NCBI RefSeq assembly: GCF_900187275.1
Contig: NZ_LT906458.1
Span: 630,001 to 662,000 of the forward strand
Direction of reading: 5' to 3'
Source: Pasteurella multocida
GTDB taxonomy: Bacteria; Pseudomonadota; Gammaproteobacteria; Enterobacterales; Pasteurellaceae
DNA length: 32,000 nt
Made by a program: the position numbers and the translations under genes. Shown piece by piece: positions 24,239 through 32,000 of the stretch. Every line of letters starts with the position of its first letter. Position 1 is the first letter of the stretch. A model generated the notes under the pieces. It saw only the letters and a program-made list of their open reading frames with translations. It made no database searches and was not told where the DNA came from.

Positions 24239-25084
24239 ATGAAAAACAATCAATCATTTTATAAACAAGCGCCGCTCCCATTCGTTGGACAAAAACGACT
24301 CTTCTTAAATCATTACATCAATATCATTAACGAACACATTCCTGATGACGGTGAGGGATGGACGATTATTGATGCTTTCGGCGGTAGCGGACTTCTAAGT
24401 CATGTCACAAAACACATCAAGCCCAAAGCTCGCGTTATTTATAATGATTTTGATGGCTATAGTGAACGATTGAAACACATTCGAGATCTGAATAAACTGC
24501 GTCGTATCTTGCTTGAGTTACTTAAAAATGAGCCACGTAGCAAACAGTTAAGCTGTGATATGAAATACAAAGTGATTCAAGCTATAGAGGCATTTACTGG
24601 CTATAAAGATCCGCATGTATTGTCTACTTGGTTATTATTTAGTGGTCAGCAAGTCAGGACATTAAGTGAACTATATCGCTTGTCATTTTATAATCGCATT
24701 CGTCTGTCTGATTATAGTGAGGCACAAGATTATTTTAATGGTTTTGAAGTTGCCAATGAGTCATTTCATTCATTATTGCCTCGGTTTGTCGACAAGCAAA
24801 AGACGTTATTTGTGTTAGACCCACCTTACTTATGCACACATCAAGCTGCGTATAGCATGGATACGTACTTTGATTTGATTGATTTTTTAAGGTTGATTAA
24901 TCTGACAAGACCGCCTTTTATCTTTTTCAGTTCAACAAAATCTGAATTTATACGGTTTGTGGATTTCATGCTTGAAACGAAAACACATAACTGGGAGTCA
25001 TTTACAGATTATAAGAAGATAAGCATTAATACTTCTACAAACTATAGTGGCAAGTATGAAGATAATTTAGTTTATAAGTTCTAA
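24239..25084 (+). CDS. Orphan N6-adenine DNA methyltransferase, D12/Dam-T4Dam-like (alpha class)
   Basis: The N-terminus PLPFVGQKRLFL parallels the Dam W-x-GGK / T4Dam YTGNKQSLL motif. The AdoMet motif I is IIDAFGGSG, followed by VIYNDFD, and the catalytic motif IV is FVLDPPYLCT (T4Dam has DPPYLIT). No cognate endonuclease gene is nearby. Confidence 0.8.
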   Translation: MKNNQSFYKQAPLPFVGQKRLFLNHYINIINEHIPDDGEGWTIIDAFGGSGLLSHVTKHIKPKARVIYNDFDGYSERLKHIRDLNKLRRILLELLKNEPRSKQLSCDMKYKVIQAIEAFTGYKDPHVLSTWLLFSGQQVRTLSELYRLSFYNRIRLSDYSEAQDYFNGFEVANESFHSLLPRFVDKQKTLFVLDPPYLCTHQAAYSMDTYFDLIDFLRLINLTRPPFIFFSSTKSEFIRFVDFMLETKTHNWESFTDYKKISINTSTNYSGKYEDNLVYKF

Positions 25085-25172
25085 AGCTAAATACACAAAG
25101 TTTATCTATGAGAAATTTGTGAATAAAGTATGCCAATTTCTATATAGAAATGACGTTGCAATATCAACAAAA

Positions 25173-25205
25173 AAGAGAAACTAATAAATGGTTTCTCTTT
25201 TTTTG
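25173..25205 (+). terminator. Rho-independent terminator after the methyltransferase gene
   Basis: The stem is AAGAGAAAC (25173-25181) paired with GTTTCTCTT (25191-25199), with a 9-nt loop and a continuing T-run. Confidence 0.7.
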
Positions 25206-25242
25206 TAACTTAGTTTCAGTATATGTAACAAAGTAAACTTTT

Positions 25243-25275
25243 ATTTATCGCGCTGAACTATGTCAATTTATCGCG
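25243..25275 (+). repeat. Two direct copies of ATTTATCGCGC (25243-25253, 25265-25275) spaced 22 bp start to start; candidate transposase-binding sites of the prophage right end (attR)
   Basis: The repeats were read directly from the sequence. They lie between the last phage terminator and the host msrA terminator. The 22-bp phasing resembles the Mu R1-R3 sites. A degenerate third copy, ATTAGCGCG, is at 25282-25290. Confidence 0.4.
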
Positions 25276-25370
25276 CGCGGCATTAGCGCGTCTTATATAA
25301 AACGCCCTTTATACACATCAATATCTCATATTGTTATCCCAACACTTTTTATTTTCCTTATTCGCAAATT

Positions 25371-25399
25371 AAAAAAACGCCACGGCTAACTCCGTGGCG
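25371..25399 (-). terminator. Rho-independent terminator of msrA
   Basis: On the - strand the sequence reads CGCCACGG-AGTTAG-CCGTGGCG followed by T7. It lies 55 nt downstream of the msrA stop. Confidence 0.8.
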
Positions 25400-25453
25400 C
25401 TATCTCTTTATACGCGTCAAATTGAATGACAATAACCAGATTCAGAGGAACAG

Positions 25454-25978
25454 TTATTTCCAAATTTCCTCAAATTTCACCTTGGCTTTTAAGAATTTTG
25501 GCGTTGCGACTAAATTACAGTAGCTGTTTTGTGGGTTCTGCAATAAATAGCCTTGGTGATAATCTTCTGCGGGATAAAAAGTTTGTGCTGGCAGCACTTC
25601 AGTGACAATTTTTTCGGCAAAGTGCGGTTGTAATTCTGCAATTTTCTTATTTGCCAGCTGTTTTTGTTCATCATTTAAATAATAAATCCCTGTGCGATAT
25701 TGCGTCCCCACATCTTCGCCCTGGTGATTTAATTGGGTTGGATTATGGATAGAAAAGAAGATGTCTAATAATTTTTCATAACTAATCACTGTCGCATCGA
25801 ATTCCACTTTTACCGCTTCCGCATGACCCGTTTCACCGGTACATACTTCTTTGTAAGTTGGATTTTCAGTCGTCCCGTTAATATAACCTGAAGTCGCTTT
25901 TTCAACGCCTTTAATTTGATTAAATACTGCCTCAACGCACCAAAAACAGCCGCCGGCAAAAATTGCTTGTTGTGTCAT
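25454..25978 (-). CDS. msrA: Peptide methionine (S)-sulfoxide reductase MsrA
   Basis: The N-terminus ..AIFAGGCFWCVEAVF.. contains the GCFWC active site. The 174-aa product also carries the typical ..GHAEAV.V.FD.. and ..YHQ.YL.. motifs. Confidence 0.95.
   Translation of the reverse strand: MTQQAIFAGGCFWCVEAVFNQIKGVEKATSGYINGTTENPTYKEVCTGETGHAEAVKVEFDATVISYEKLLDIFFSIHNPTQLNHQGEDVGTQYRTGIYYLNDEQKQLANKKIAELQPHFAEKIVTEVLPAQTFYPAEDYHQGYLLQNPQNSYCNLVATPKFLKAKVKFEEIWK
25620..25628 (+). repeat. Hin-type uptake signal sequence core AAGTGCGGT
   Basis: Exact 9-mer, located inside msrA. Confidence 0.8.
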
Positions 25979-26012
25979 AGGATTTCCTTTTTTATCGTTT
26001 ATTCGCTTGAGT

Positions 26013-26957
26013 TTAATGAATTTCTTTCACATTTATCAGTTCTACTTGGTGAAAATCTTGTTGTTCATCGTCGTCATCAATCGGACTTGTGGCAATAAAT
26101 TCGGGTTTATCGAACGCAATATCACCTTCAATGTTTTCTAATATTTGTCCACGTTGCAGATCTTTAAAGTTAAATAAATGCGTATCACACAGATGTGATG
26201 GCACAATATTTTGTATTGCACTAAACATAGTTTCGATACGTCCGGGATATTGGCGATCCCATTTTTGCAACATTTCTTTGACCACTTGGCGCTGCAAATT
26301 GGGTTGAGAACCACACAAATTGCACGGAATAATCGGGAAATGTTTTGCCTGAGCATATTTTTCAATGTCTTTTTCTTTGCAATAGGCGAGTGGACGAATC
26401 ACGATCTGTTTACCGTCATCACTGATTAATTTTGGCGGCATACTTTTTAGTTTACCGCCATAAAACATATTTAAGAATAAGGTTTCTAACATATCATCAC
26501 GGTGATGACCAAGTGCAATTTTGGTTGCCCCTAATTCCGTCGCGGTCCGGTATAAAATACCACGTCTTAAACGTGAACAAAGTGAGCAGGTCGTTTTACC
26601 TTCAGGAATTTTTTCTTTGACGATGCCATAGGTATTTTCTTCCACGATTTTGTAATCCACTCCGATACTTTGCAAGTATTCAGGCAGAATATGTTCAGGG
26701 AAACCCGGTTGTTTTTGATCTAAATTCACCGCCACAATCTCAAAATGGATTGGCGCGTTAAGACGTAAATTTAACAGAATATCTAATAGGGTATAGCTGT
26801 CTTTTCCACCAGAAAGACAAACCATGACTTTATCGCCTTCTTCGATCATATTAAAATCGGCAATCGCATTGCCGACATTACGGCGTAAGCGTTTTTGTAA
26901 CTTATTGAAATTATAAGAGTGTTTTTTATCTTGTTGAGTTGTATCAGTCATCGTCAA
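26013..26957 (-). CDS. ttcA: tRNA 2-thiocytidine(32) synthetase TtcA
   Basis: It has the PP-loop SGGKDS, the cysteine motifs [10 protein letters not shown] and CNLCGSQ, and the N-terminal ..[36 protein letters not shown]... Confidence 0.9.
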   Translation of the reverse strand: MTMTDTTQQDKKHSYNFNKLQKRLRRNVGNAIADFNMIEEGDKVMVCLSGGKDSYTLLDILLNLRLNAPIHFEIVAVNLDQKQPGFPEHILPEYLQSIGVDYKIVEENTYGIVKEKIPEGKTTCSLCSRLRRGILYRTATELGATKIALGHHRDDMLETLFLNMFYGGKLKSMPPKLISDDGKQIVIRPLAYCKEKDIEKYAQAKHFPIIPCNLCGSQPNLQRQVVKEMLQKWDRQYPGRIETMFSAIQNIVPSHLCDTHLFNFKDLQRGQILENIEGDIAFDKPEFIATSPIDDDDEQQDFHQVELINVKEIH

Positions 26958-27032
26958 TTTCGGTTTTGCTTAAAATCTGCGTATAGTAAGGGGTAATTGC
27001 AATTTTTTCCATTAGAAATTGTGCTTTTCATG

Positions 27033-27041
27033 AAGTGCGGT
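27033..27041 (+). repeat. Hin-type uptake signal sequence core AAGTGCGGT
   Basis: Exact 9-mer followed by a T-rich tract (CAGTTTTTG), in the ttcA-mukF intergenic region. Confidence 0.85.
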
Positions 27042-27085
27042 CAGTTTTTGTGAAATTGTTAGCTGAAAGATCCGATAAAGTTGGG

Positions 27086-27091
27086 TATAAT
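27086..27091 (+). promoter_or_regulatory. Consensus -10 hexamer TATAAT, a possible mukF promoter element
   Basis: TATAAT lies 44 nt upstream of the mukF ATG in the divergent ttcA-mukF intergenic region. No convincing -35 element was identified. Confidence 0.3.
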
Positions 27092-27134
27092 CATGCCAAT
27101 TTTTTGCTGATTTTATTTGTTGTGAGACATTTTA

Positions 27135-28460
27135 ATGCTGGAAACGTCACAAACCATTCCTGAACTTGTTGCTTGGACGCGAGAGCGAGAGTTCGCCTTA
27201 AATTTATCTACTGAACGTTTAGCCTTTTTATTGGCGATTGCGATTTATAATAATGAACGTTTAGACGGCGAAATGCTCGAAGCGGATTTAGTCGATATTT
27301 TTCGTCATATTTCTACCGCCTTTGAACAATCCAATGACACCATTGCCACACGCGCCAATAACGCGATCAATGAATTAGTAAAACAACGTTTCTTAAACCG
27401 TTTTAGTAGTGAATTTACTGAAGGGCTTTCCATTTACCGTCTAACGCCACTTGGCGTTGGCATTTCGGATTATTACATTCGCCAACGGGAATTTTCTGCG
27501 TTACGTTTGTCTGTCCAGTTATCCATTGTGGCAGATGAAATTCAACGCGCTTCAAAGGCGGCAGAAGAGGGCGGTGATGAACATCATTGGCGCCGTAACG
27601 TGTTTGCCCCCTTAAAATATTCCGTGGCTGAGATTTTTGACAGCATTGATTTATCTCAACGCGTGATGGATGAAAACCAGCAAAGCATTAAAGAAGAAAT
27701 TGCGGAACTCTTAACCAAAGATTGGCAGGCTGCGATCGCCAGTTGTGAACATTTATTAGATGAAACCTCTGGCAATTTACGTGAATTACAAGACACCTTG
27801 AATGCGGCAGGCGATAAATTACAAGCACAATTATTACGTATTCAAGATTGTGTGATCGGTCAGGAAAATCTCGCTTTTGTTGAGCAATTAATCACAGATT
27901 TACAAGCCAAGTTAGACCGTATTATCAGTTGGGGACAACAAGCCATTGATTTATGGATTGGTTACGATCGCCATGTCCATAAATTTATCCGCACGGCGAT
28001 TGATATGGATAAAAATCGCGTGTTCTCTCAACGTTTACGCCATTCCATTCACCATTATTTTGATCACCCTTGGTTTTTATGGACTGCGCAAGCAGAACGC
28101 TTAGTCGATATGCGGGATGAAGAGCTAACCTTACGCGAGGAAGATGCCCTTGGTGAATTACCAGAAGCATTGCAATATGAATCATTAGCCGATTTACATG
28201 AACAAATTGTCGAACATATGCAAACCCTATTAATTGCTTACCGTGAACGTAACGAGCCAATTAATTTAAGTTTGGTGTTAAAAGAACAATTAGCCCATTA
28301 TCCATTAGCGAAACATTTCGATGTTGCACGTATTATTGTGGATCAAGCAGTGCGTTTAGGGTTGGCAAATGATGATTTAAGCGGGCTGTATCCAAATTGG
28401 GAAGCAATTAATGATCGGGGAGCAGAAGTGCAAGCGCATAAAATTGATGAGTATAAATAA
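27135..28460 (+). CDS. mukF: Chromosome partition protein MukF (kleisin)
   Basis: The 441-aa product begins [58 protein letters not shown].., which is near-identical in pattern to Pasteurellaceae and E. coli MukF. Confidence 0.95.
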   Translation: MLETSQTIPELVAWTREREFALNLSTERLAFLLAIAIYNNERLDGEMLEADLVDIFRHISTAFEQSNDTIATRANNAINELVKQRFLNRFSSEFTEGLSIYRLTPLGVGISDYYIRQREFSALRLSVQLSIVADEIQRASKAAEEGGDEHHWRRNVFAPLKYSVAEIFDSIDLSQRVMDENQQSIKEEIAELLTKDWQAAIASCEHLLDETSGNLRELQDTLNAAGDKLQAQLLRIQDCVIGQENLAFVEQLITDLQAKLDRIISWGQQAIDLWIGYDRHVHKFIRTAIDMDKNRVFSQRLRHSIHHYFDHPWFLWTAQAERLVDMRDEELTLREEDALGELPEALQYESLADLHEQIVEHMQTLLIAYRERNEPINLSLVLKEQLAHYPLAKHFDVARIIVDQAVRLGLANDDLSGLYPNWEAINDRGAEVQAHKIDEYK

Positions 28461-28466
28461 TCCAGT

Positions 28467-28475
28467 AAGTGCGGT
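28467..28475 (+). repeat. Hin-type uptake signal sequence core AAGTGCGGT
   Basis: Exact 9-mer followed by ACGTTTT, in the mukF-mukE spacer. Confidence 0.85.
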
Positions 28476-28510
28476 ACGTTTTAGCCAAATTTTCAACGAG
28501 AGAACAAACA

Positions 28511-29242
28511 ATGACAGATAATCTTCAAGACCTTATTTCAACCAAGCTCGCGGCAGCGATTGCCAATCCGCTCTTTCCTGCTGTGGATAGTCAGTTACGC
28601 GCAGGGCGACATATTAGCCTTGATCAATTAGATAATCATGCTTTTTTAATGGATTTCCAAGGCGAATTAGACAGTTTTTATCGTCGTTATAATGTGGAAC
28701 TGATTCGTGCACCCGAAGGGTTTTTCTATTTACGCCCGAAAGCGACAACCTTGATCGCTCGTTCGGTGTTGACGGAATTAGAAATGTTGGTTGGTAAAGT
28801 GCTTTGTTATCTCTATTTAAGCCCAGAACGCTTGGCACAACAAGGGATTTTTTCTACTCAGGAAGTCTATGATGAGTTATTAAATCTTGCGGATGAAAAT
28901 AAATTATTGAAAGCAGTTAATCAACGTTCTTCGGGATCTGATTTAGATAAGCAAAAATTGGCAGAGAAAGTCCGTGCTGCCTTAAACCGGTTACGTCGTT
29001 TAGGTATGATCCATGGTGTCGGTGAACAAAATAGTGGTAAATTTACCATTGCTGAAGCCGTGTTCCGTTTTGGTGCGGAAGTGCGTGCTGGTGATGATCC
29101 GCGTGAAGCCCAATTACGTTTAATTCGTGATGGGGAAGCCGCTACACCAGACTCCTTAGCCTTAGAAAAGCAAGCCGATTTGAATGAAGTCGATGACAAT
29201 GATGAACTTGAAGATGAATTAGATGATGAGGAACACGCATAA
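28511..29242 (+). CDS. mukE: Chromosome partition protein MukE
   Basis: The start is placed at the ATG at 28511 ([35 protein letters not shown]..), giving 243 aa. It has the acidic C-terminal tail typical of MukE. The longer ORF from 28469 is unlikely. Confidence 0.9.
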   Translation: MTDNLQDLISTKLAAAIANPLFPAVDSQLRAGRHISLDQLDNHAFLMDFQGELDSFYRRYNVELIRAPEGFFYLRPKATTLIARSVLTELEMLVGKVLCYLYLSPERLAQQGIFSTQEVYDELLNLADENKLLKAVNQRSSGSDLDKQKLAEKVRAALNRLRRLGMIHGVGEQNSGKFTIAEAVFRFGAEVRAGDDPREAQLRLIRDGEAATPDSLALEKQADLNEVDDNDELEDELDDEEHA

Positions 29243-32000
29243 TGTCTGAAGAATTAGCCCTTGAAAACCTTGAACACGTTGAAACAAGTGTGCCTCATGC
29301 TGTATTTTCTCATGCAAATAGTGCGCCCCGTGGTAAATTTCGTTCTTTAACGTTAATTAACTGGAACGGTTTTTTTGCGCGTACTTTTGATTTAGATGAA
29401 TTAGTCACCACACTGTCTGGTGGAAACGGTGCTGGGAAATCCACCACTATGGCAGGCTTTGTTACCGCCTTAATTCCTGATTTGACCTTATTACATTTCC
29501 GTAATACCACAGAAGCGGGAGCAACCAGTGGTTCGCGTGATAAAGGCTTGCATGGTAAATTGCGTCCGGGCGTTTGTTATGCTGCATTGGATACCATTAA
29601 TTCGCGCAATCAACGTGTTATTGTAGGCGCAAGACTACAACAAGTAGCGGGACGTGATAAGAAAGTCGATATTAAAACCTTCTCTATTCAAGGGCTCAAC
29701 TTAGCCGAAAATCCGACAACGATTTTTACCGATGTGGTCAATGAACGCCAAGCACGTGTGCTTACACTAAATGAATTAAAAGAGAAAATTGAGCAAGCTG
29801 GCGCACAATTTAAACAATATCATTCGATTACTGATTATCATGCAATGATGTTTGATTTGGGTATTATCCCGAAACGCCTGCGTTCTTCCTCTGACAGAAG
29901 TAAATTCTATAAACTGATTGAAGCCTCACTTTACGGTGGGATTTCAAGTGCCATTACCCGTTCTTTACGTGATTATTTATTGCCAGAAAATCTTGGCGTG
30001 CGTAAAGCCTTCCAAGATATGGAAAGCGCCTTGCGTGAAAACCGCATGACGCTTGAAGCCATTAAAGTGACGCAAGCCGATCGTGATTTATTTAAGCATT
30101 TGATTACCGAAACGTCAAACTATGTGGCATCGGATTATATGCGCCATGCTAATGAACGTCGCGGTAACATTGAAAGTGCGGTGCGTTTCCGCCAAGATTG
30201 GTATCGTGCGCGCACAGAACAGCATTTGTCACAACAACGTTTAGTCGAATTAAGTCGCGAAGCGGCAGAATTGGCCGAGAATGAAAAAACGTTAGAAGTA
30301 GATCATCAAAGTGCAGTGGATTACTTGAACTTAGTGCTGAATGCGCTACGTCACCAAGAAAAAATCGCTCGTTATCAAGATGATGTGGCTGAAATTACGG
30401 CGCGTTTAGAAGAACAGAAAATGGTGGTTGAAACGGCAACAGAACAACTTGAGGAAAGCCAAGTACAGGTTGAGCAGGTTGAACAAGAAGTAGATCAGAT
30501 CCGTGCCCAATTAGCCGACTATCAACAAGCCTTAGATGCACAACAAACCCGTGCATTACAATATCAACAAGCGATTGCAGCGCTTGAAAAAGCCAAAACA
30601 CTGTGTGGTTTAGCTGATTTAGGCGTAAAAAATGTTGAAGCTTATCACGATGAGTTTGCAGCACATGCTGAAAGTCTTACTGAGCAAGTGCTTGAATTAG
30701 AACAAAAAATGTCAATTTCTGATGCAGCAAAATCACAATTTGATAAGGCTTATCAATTAGTTTGTAAAGTTGCAGGTGAGATTCCACGTTCTACAGCCTT
30801 TGAACAAGCGAAAGTGCTCTTACGTGAATACCCAACACAAAAAGTACAAGCACAACAAACGCCTCAATTGCGTGCAAAATTACATGAATTAGAACAGCGC
30901 TATGCACAACAACAAAGTGCGGTGCGTTTGTTAAAAGAATTTAATCAACGTGCAAATGTCAGCTTAGAAGATGCTGAGGCGTTGGAAGCCTACCATGCTG
31001 AACAAGAAGCTTTGCTCGAAGATGTCAGTGCAGAATTATCCGAACAAGTTGAACAACGTTCAACCTTGCGTCAAAAACGTGAGCAACTCACCGCACTTTA
31101 TCAGGATAATGCAAAAAAAGCGCCTGCTTGGTTAACCGCACAAGCCGCTTTAGAGCGTTTACAAGATCAAAGTGGGGAAACCTTTGCAGACAGTCAAGAT
31201 GTGATGCAATTTATGCAGGCACAATTGGTGAAAGAGCGTGAGTTAACCATTGAACGTGATCAGCTTGAACAACAACGTCAACAATTAGAAGCCCAAATTT
31301 CTCGTTTGAGCCAACCAGATGGGTCAGAAGATGCGCGCTTAAATGTGTTGGCTGAACGTTTTGGTGGGGTCTTGCTTTCCGAATTGTATGATGATGTACC
31401 GATTGAAGATGCCCCTTATTTCTCTGCCTTATATGGTCCGGCACGCCATGCCATTGTTGTACGTGATTTAGACGCGGTAAAAGGACAATTAGCTCAGCTT
31501 GAAGAATGCCCAGATGATTTATATTTAATCGAGGGTGACCCAACCGCTTTTGATGATAGCGTGCTTTCTGCCCAAGAATTAGCGCATGGTGTCGTTGTAC
31601 AGGTCTCTGATCGAGAATTACGTTACTCTAAATTCCCTGAGATTCCATTATTTGGTCGAGCTGCACGCGAGCAATATTTAGAGGCATTACAGCAACAACG
31701 TGATGACGTGACAGAGCAGCATGCACAACGTGCGTTTGATGTACAAAAATGTCAGCGTTTACACGAACATTTCAGTCAATTTGTCGGGCTACATTTAGCG
31801 CTCGCGTTCCAGCCAAATCCTGAAGAGGTGATGGCGGAAATTCAGCAACAACGCAATGAGATTGAGCGTGAATTAAATCAATTTGTGACGACGGAACAAC
31901 AATTGCGTATTCAATTAGACCATGCAAAAGAAAAAATGCAGTTGTTGAATAAGTTAATTCCGCAATTAAATCTGATTGCGGATGAAAGTTTGATTGATCG
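29242..32000 (+). CDS. mukB: Chromosome partition protein MukB (SMC-like), 3' partial; it continues beyond the window
   Basis: This ORF is not in the ORF track because no stop is reached. A TAATG overlap links it to mukE. Translation begins [56 protein letters not shown].. (Walker A), followed by a long coiled coil. Confidence 0.95.
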   Translation, partial: MSEELALENLEHVETSVPHAVFSHANSAPRGKFRSLTLINWNGFFARTFDLDELVTTLSGGNGAGKSTTMAGFVTALIPDLTLLHFRNTTEAGATSGSRDKGLHGKLRPGVCYAALDTINSRNQRVIVGARLQQVAGRDKKVDIKTFSIQGLNLAENPTTIFTDVVNERQARVLTLNELKEKIEQAGAQFKQYHSITDYHAMMFDLGIIPKRLRSSSDRSKFYKLIEASLYGGISSAITRSLRDYLLPENLGVRKAFQDMESALRENRMTLEAIKVTQADRDLFKHLITETSNYVASDYMRHANERRGNIESAVRFRQDWYRARTEQHLSQQRLVELSREAAELAENEKTLEVDHQSAVDYLNLVLNALRHQEKIARYQDDVAEITARLEEQKMVVETATEQLEESQVQVEQVEQEVDQIRAQLADYQQALDAQQTRALQYQQAIAALEKAKTLCGLADLGVKNVEAYHDEFAAHAESLTEQVLELEQKMSISDAAKSQFDKAYQLVCKVAGEIPRSTAFEQAKVLLREYPTQKVQAQQTPQLRAKLHELEQRYAQQQSAVRLLKEFNQRANVSLEDAEALEAYHAEQEALLEDVSAELSEQVEQRSTLRQKREQLTALYQDNAKKAPAWLTAQAALERLQDQSGETFADSQDVMQFMQAQLVKERELTIERDQLEQQRQQLEAQISRLSQPDGSEDARLNVLAERFGGVLLSELYDDVPIEDAPYFSALYGPARHAIVVRDLDAVKGQLAQLEECPDDLYLIEGDPTAFDDSVLSAQELAHGVVVQVSDRELRYSKFPEIPLFGRAAREQYLEALQQQRDDVTEQHAQRAFDVQKCQRLHEHFSQFVGLHLALAFQPNPEEVMAEIQQQRNEIERELNQFVTTEQQLRIQLDHAKEKMQLLNKLIPQLNLIADESLID
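30174..30182 (+). repeat. Hin-type uptake signal sequence core AAGTGCGGT
   Basis: Exact 9-mer within mukB (context AAAGTGCGGTGCGTTT). Confidence 0.8.
30915..30923 (+). repeat. Hin-type uptake signal sequence core AAGTGCGGT
   Basis: Exact 9-mer within mukB (context AAAGTGCGGTGCGTTT). Confidence 0.8.
31090..31098 (-). repeat. Hin-type uptake signal sequence core (ACCGCACTT on the + strand)
   Basis: Exact reverse-complement 9-mer within mukB. Confidence 0.8.

Larger units (their letters stand above)
1..25320. mobile_element. Right arm (lysis, packaging, head, tail, accessory genes, right end) of a Mu-like transposable prophage with a non-contractile lambda/GTA-type tail. The left arm lies upstream of the window.
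   Basis: The gene order is colinear with Mu gp27/gp28/gp29/F/G/I/major head/gp36/gp37. After ~25.3 kb the sequence switches to conserved chromosomal genes (msrA, ttcA, mukFEB) and to USS-containing DNA. The right end is bracketed between 25275 (last end repeat) and 25371 (msrA terminator). The exact terminal base is not determinable without the left end. Confidence 0.75.

Noticed and set aside
25150-25236. 28-codon ORF (MTLQYQQKRETNKWFLFFCNLVSVYVTK) downstream of the methyltransferase gene
   Set aside because: It runs straight through the stem-loop and T-run of the 25173-25205 terminator and has no SD, so it is almost certainly non-coding.
1-32000. CRISPR arrays, diversity-generating retroelement, integrase/att core, toxin-antitoxin pairs and known multi-gene defence systems
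   Set aside because: I saw no regularly spaced direct repeats and no reverse transcriptase or template/variable repeat pair near the J-like C-terminus. There is no tyrosine or serine recombinase in the window. No adjacent small-gene pair resembles a TA module. The only accessory candidates are reported as findings.

Overview
The first ~25.3 kb of this window is the right arm of a Mu-like (transposable) prophage. The rest is Pasteurellaceae chromosome: msrA and ttcA on the - strand, then mukF-mukE-mukB on the + strand, with mukB running off the window. All prophage late genes are on the + strand. They run in this order: SLT-type endolysin (5' truncated by the window edge), overlapped spanin pair, Mu gp27/gp28-like terminase, gp29 portal, MuF, gpG, gpI protease/scaffold, major head, gp36/gp37-like neck proteins. 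A non-contractile tail module follows: tube protein, G/GT chaperone with a T7 slippery run, a 1115-aa tape measure, and a GTA/lambda-like tip (DUF2460-like, DUF2163/BR0599-like, I-like, J-like). Two AT-rich accessory genes sit at the right end. I found no CRISPR array, tRNA, rRNA, reverse transcriptase or recognisable multi-gene defence operon. The leads most worth follow-up are: (1) a 71-codon membrane-protein gene on the opposite strand, wedged between the tail chaperone and tape-measure genes; (2) a 66-codon ORF sitting exactly at the I/J tail-tip junction; (3) the ORF-free G-I intergenic region with twin 10-bp palindromes, which is the slot of the Mu strong gyrase site and P_I late promoter, and of acr operons in Pseudomonas Mu-like phages; (4) an orphan Dam/T4Dam-like methyltransferase in the Mu mom position, behind a structured terminator-like leader; (5) candidate attR transposase-binding repeats; (6) a MuF protein with an extra C-terminal domain. 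All product calls come from motif recognition by eye and no database search was run.
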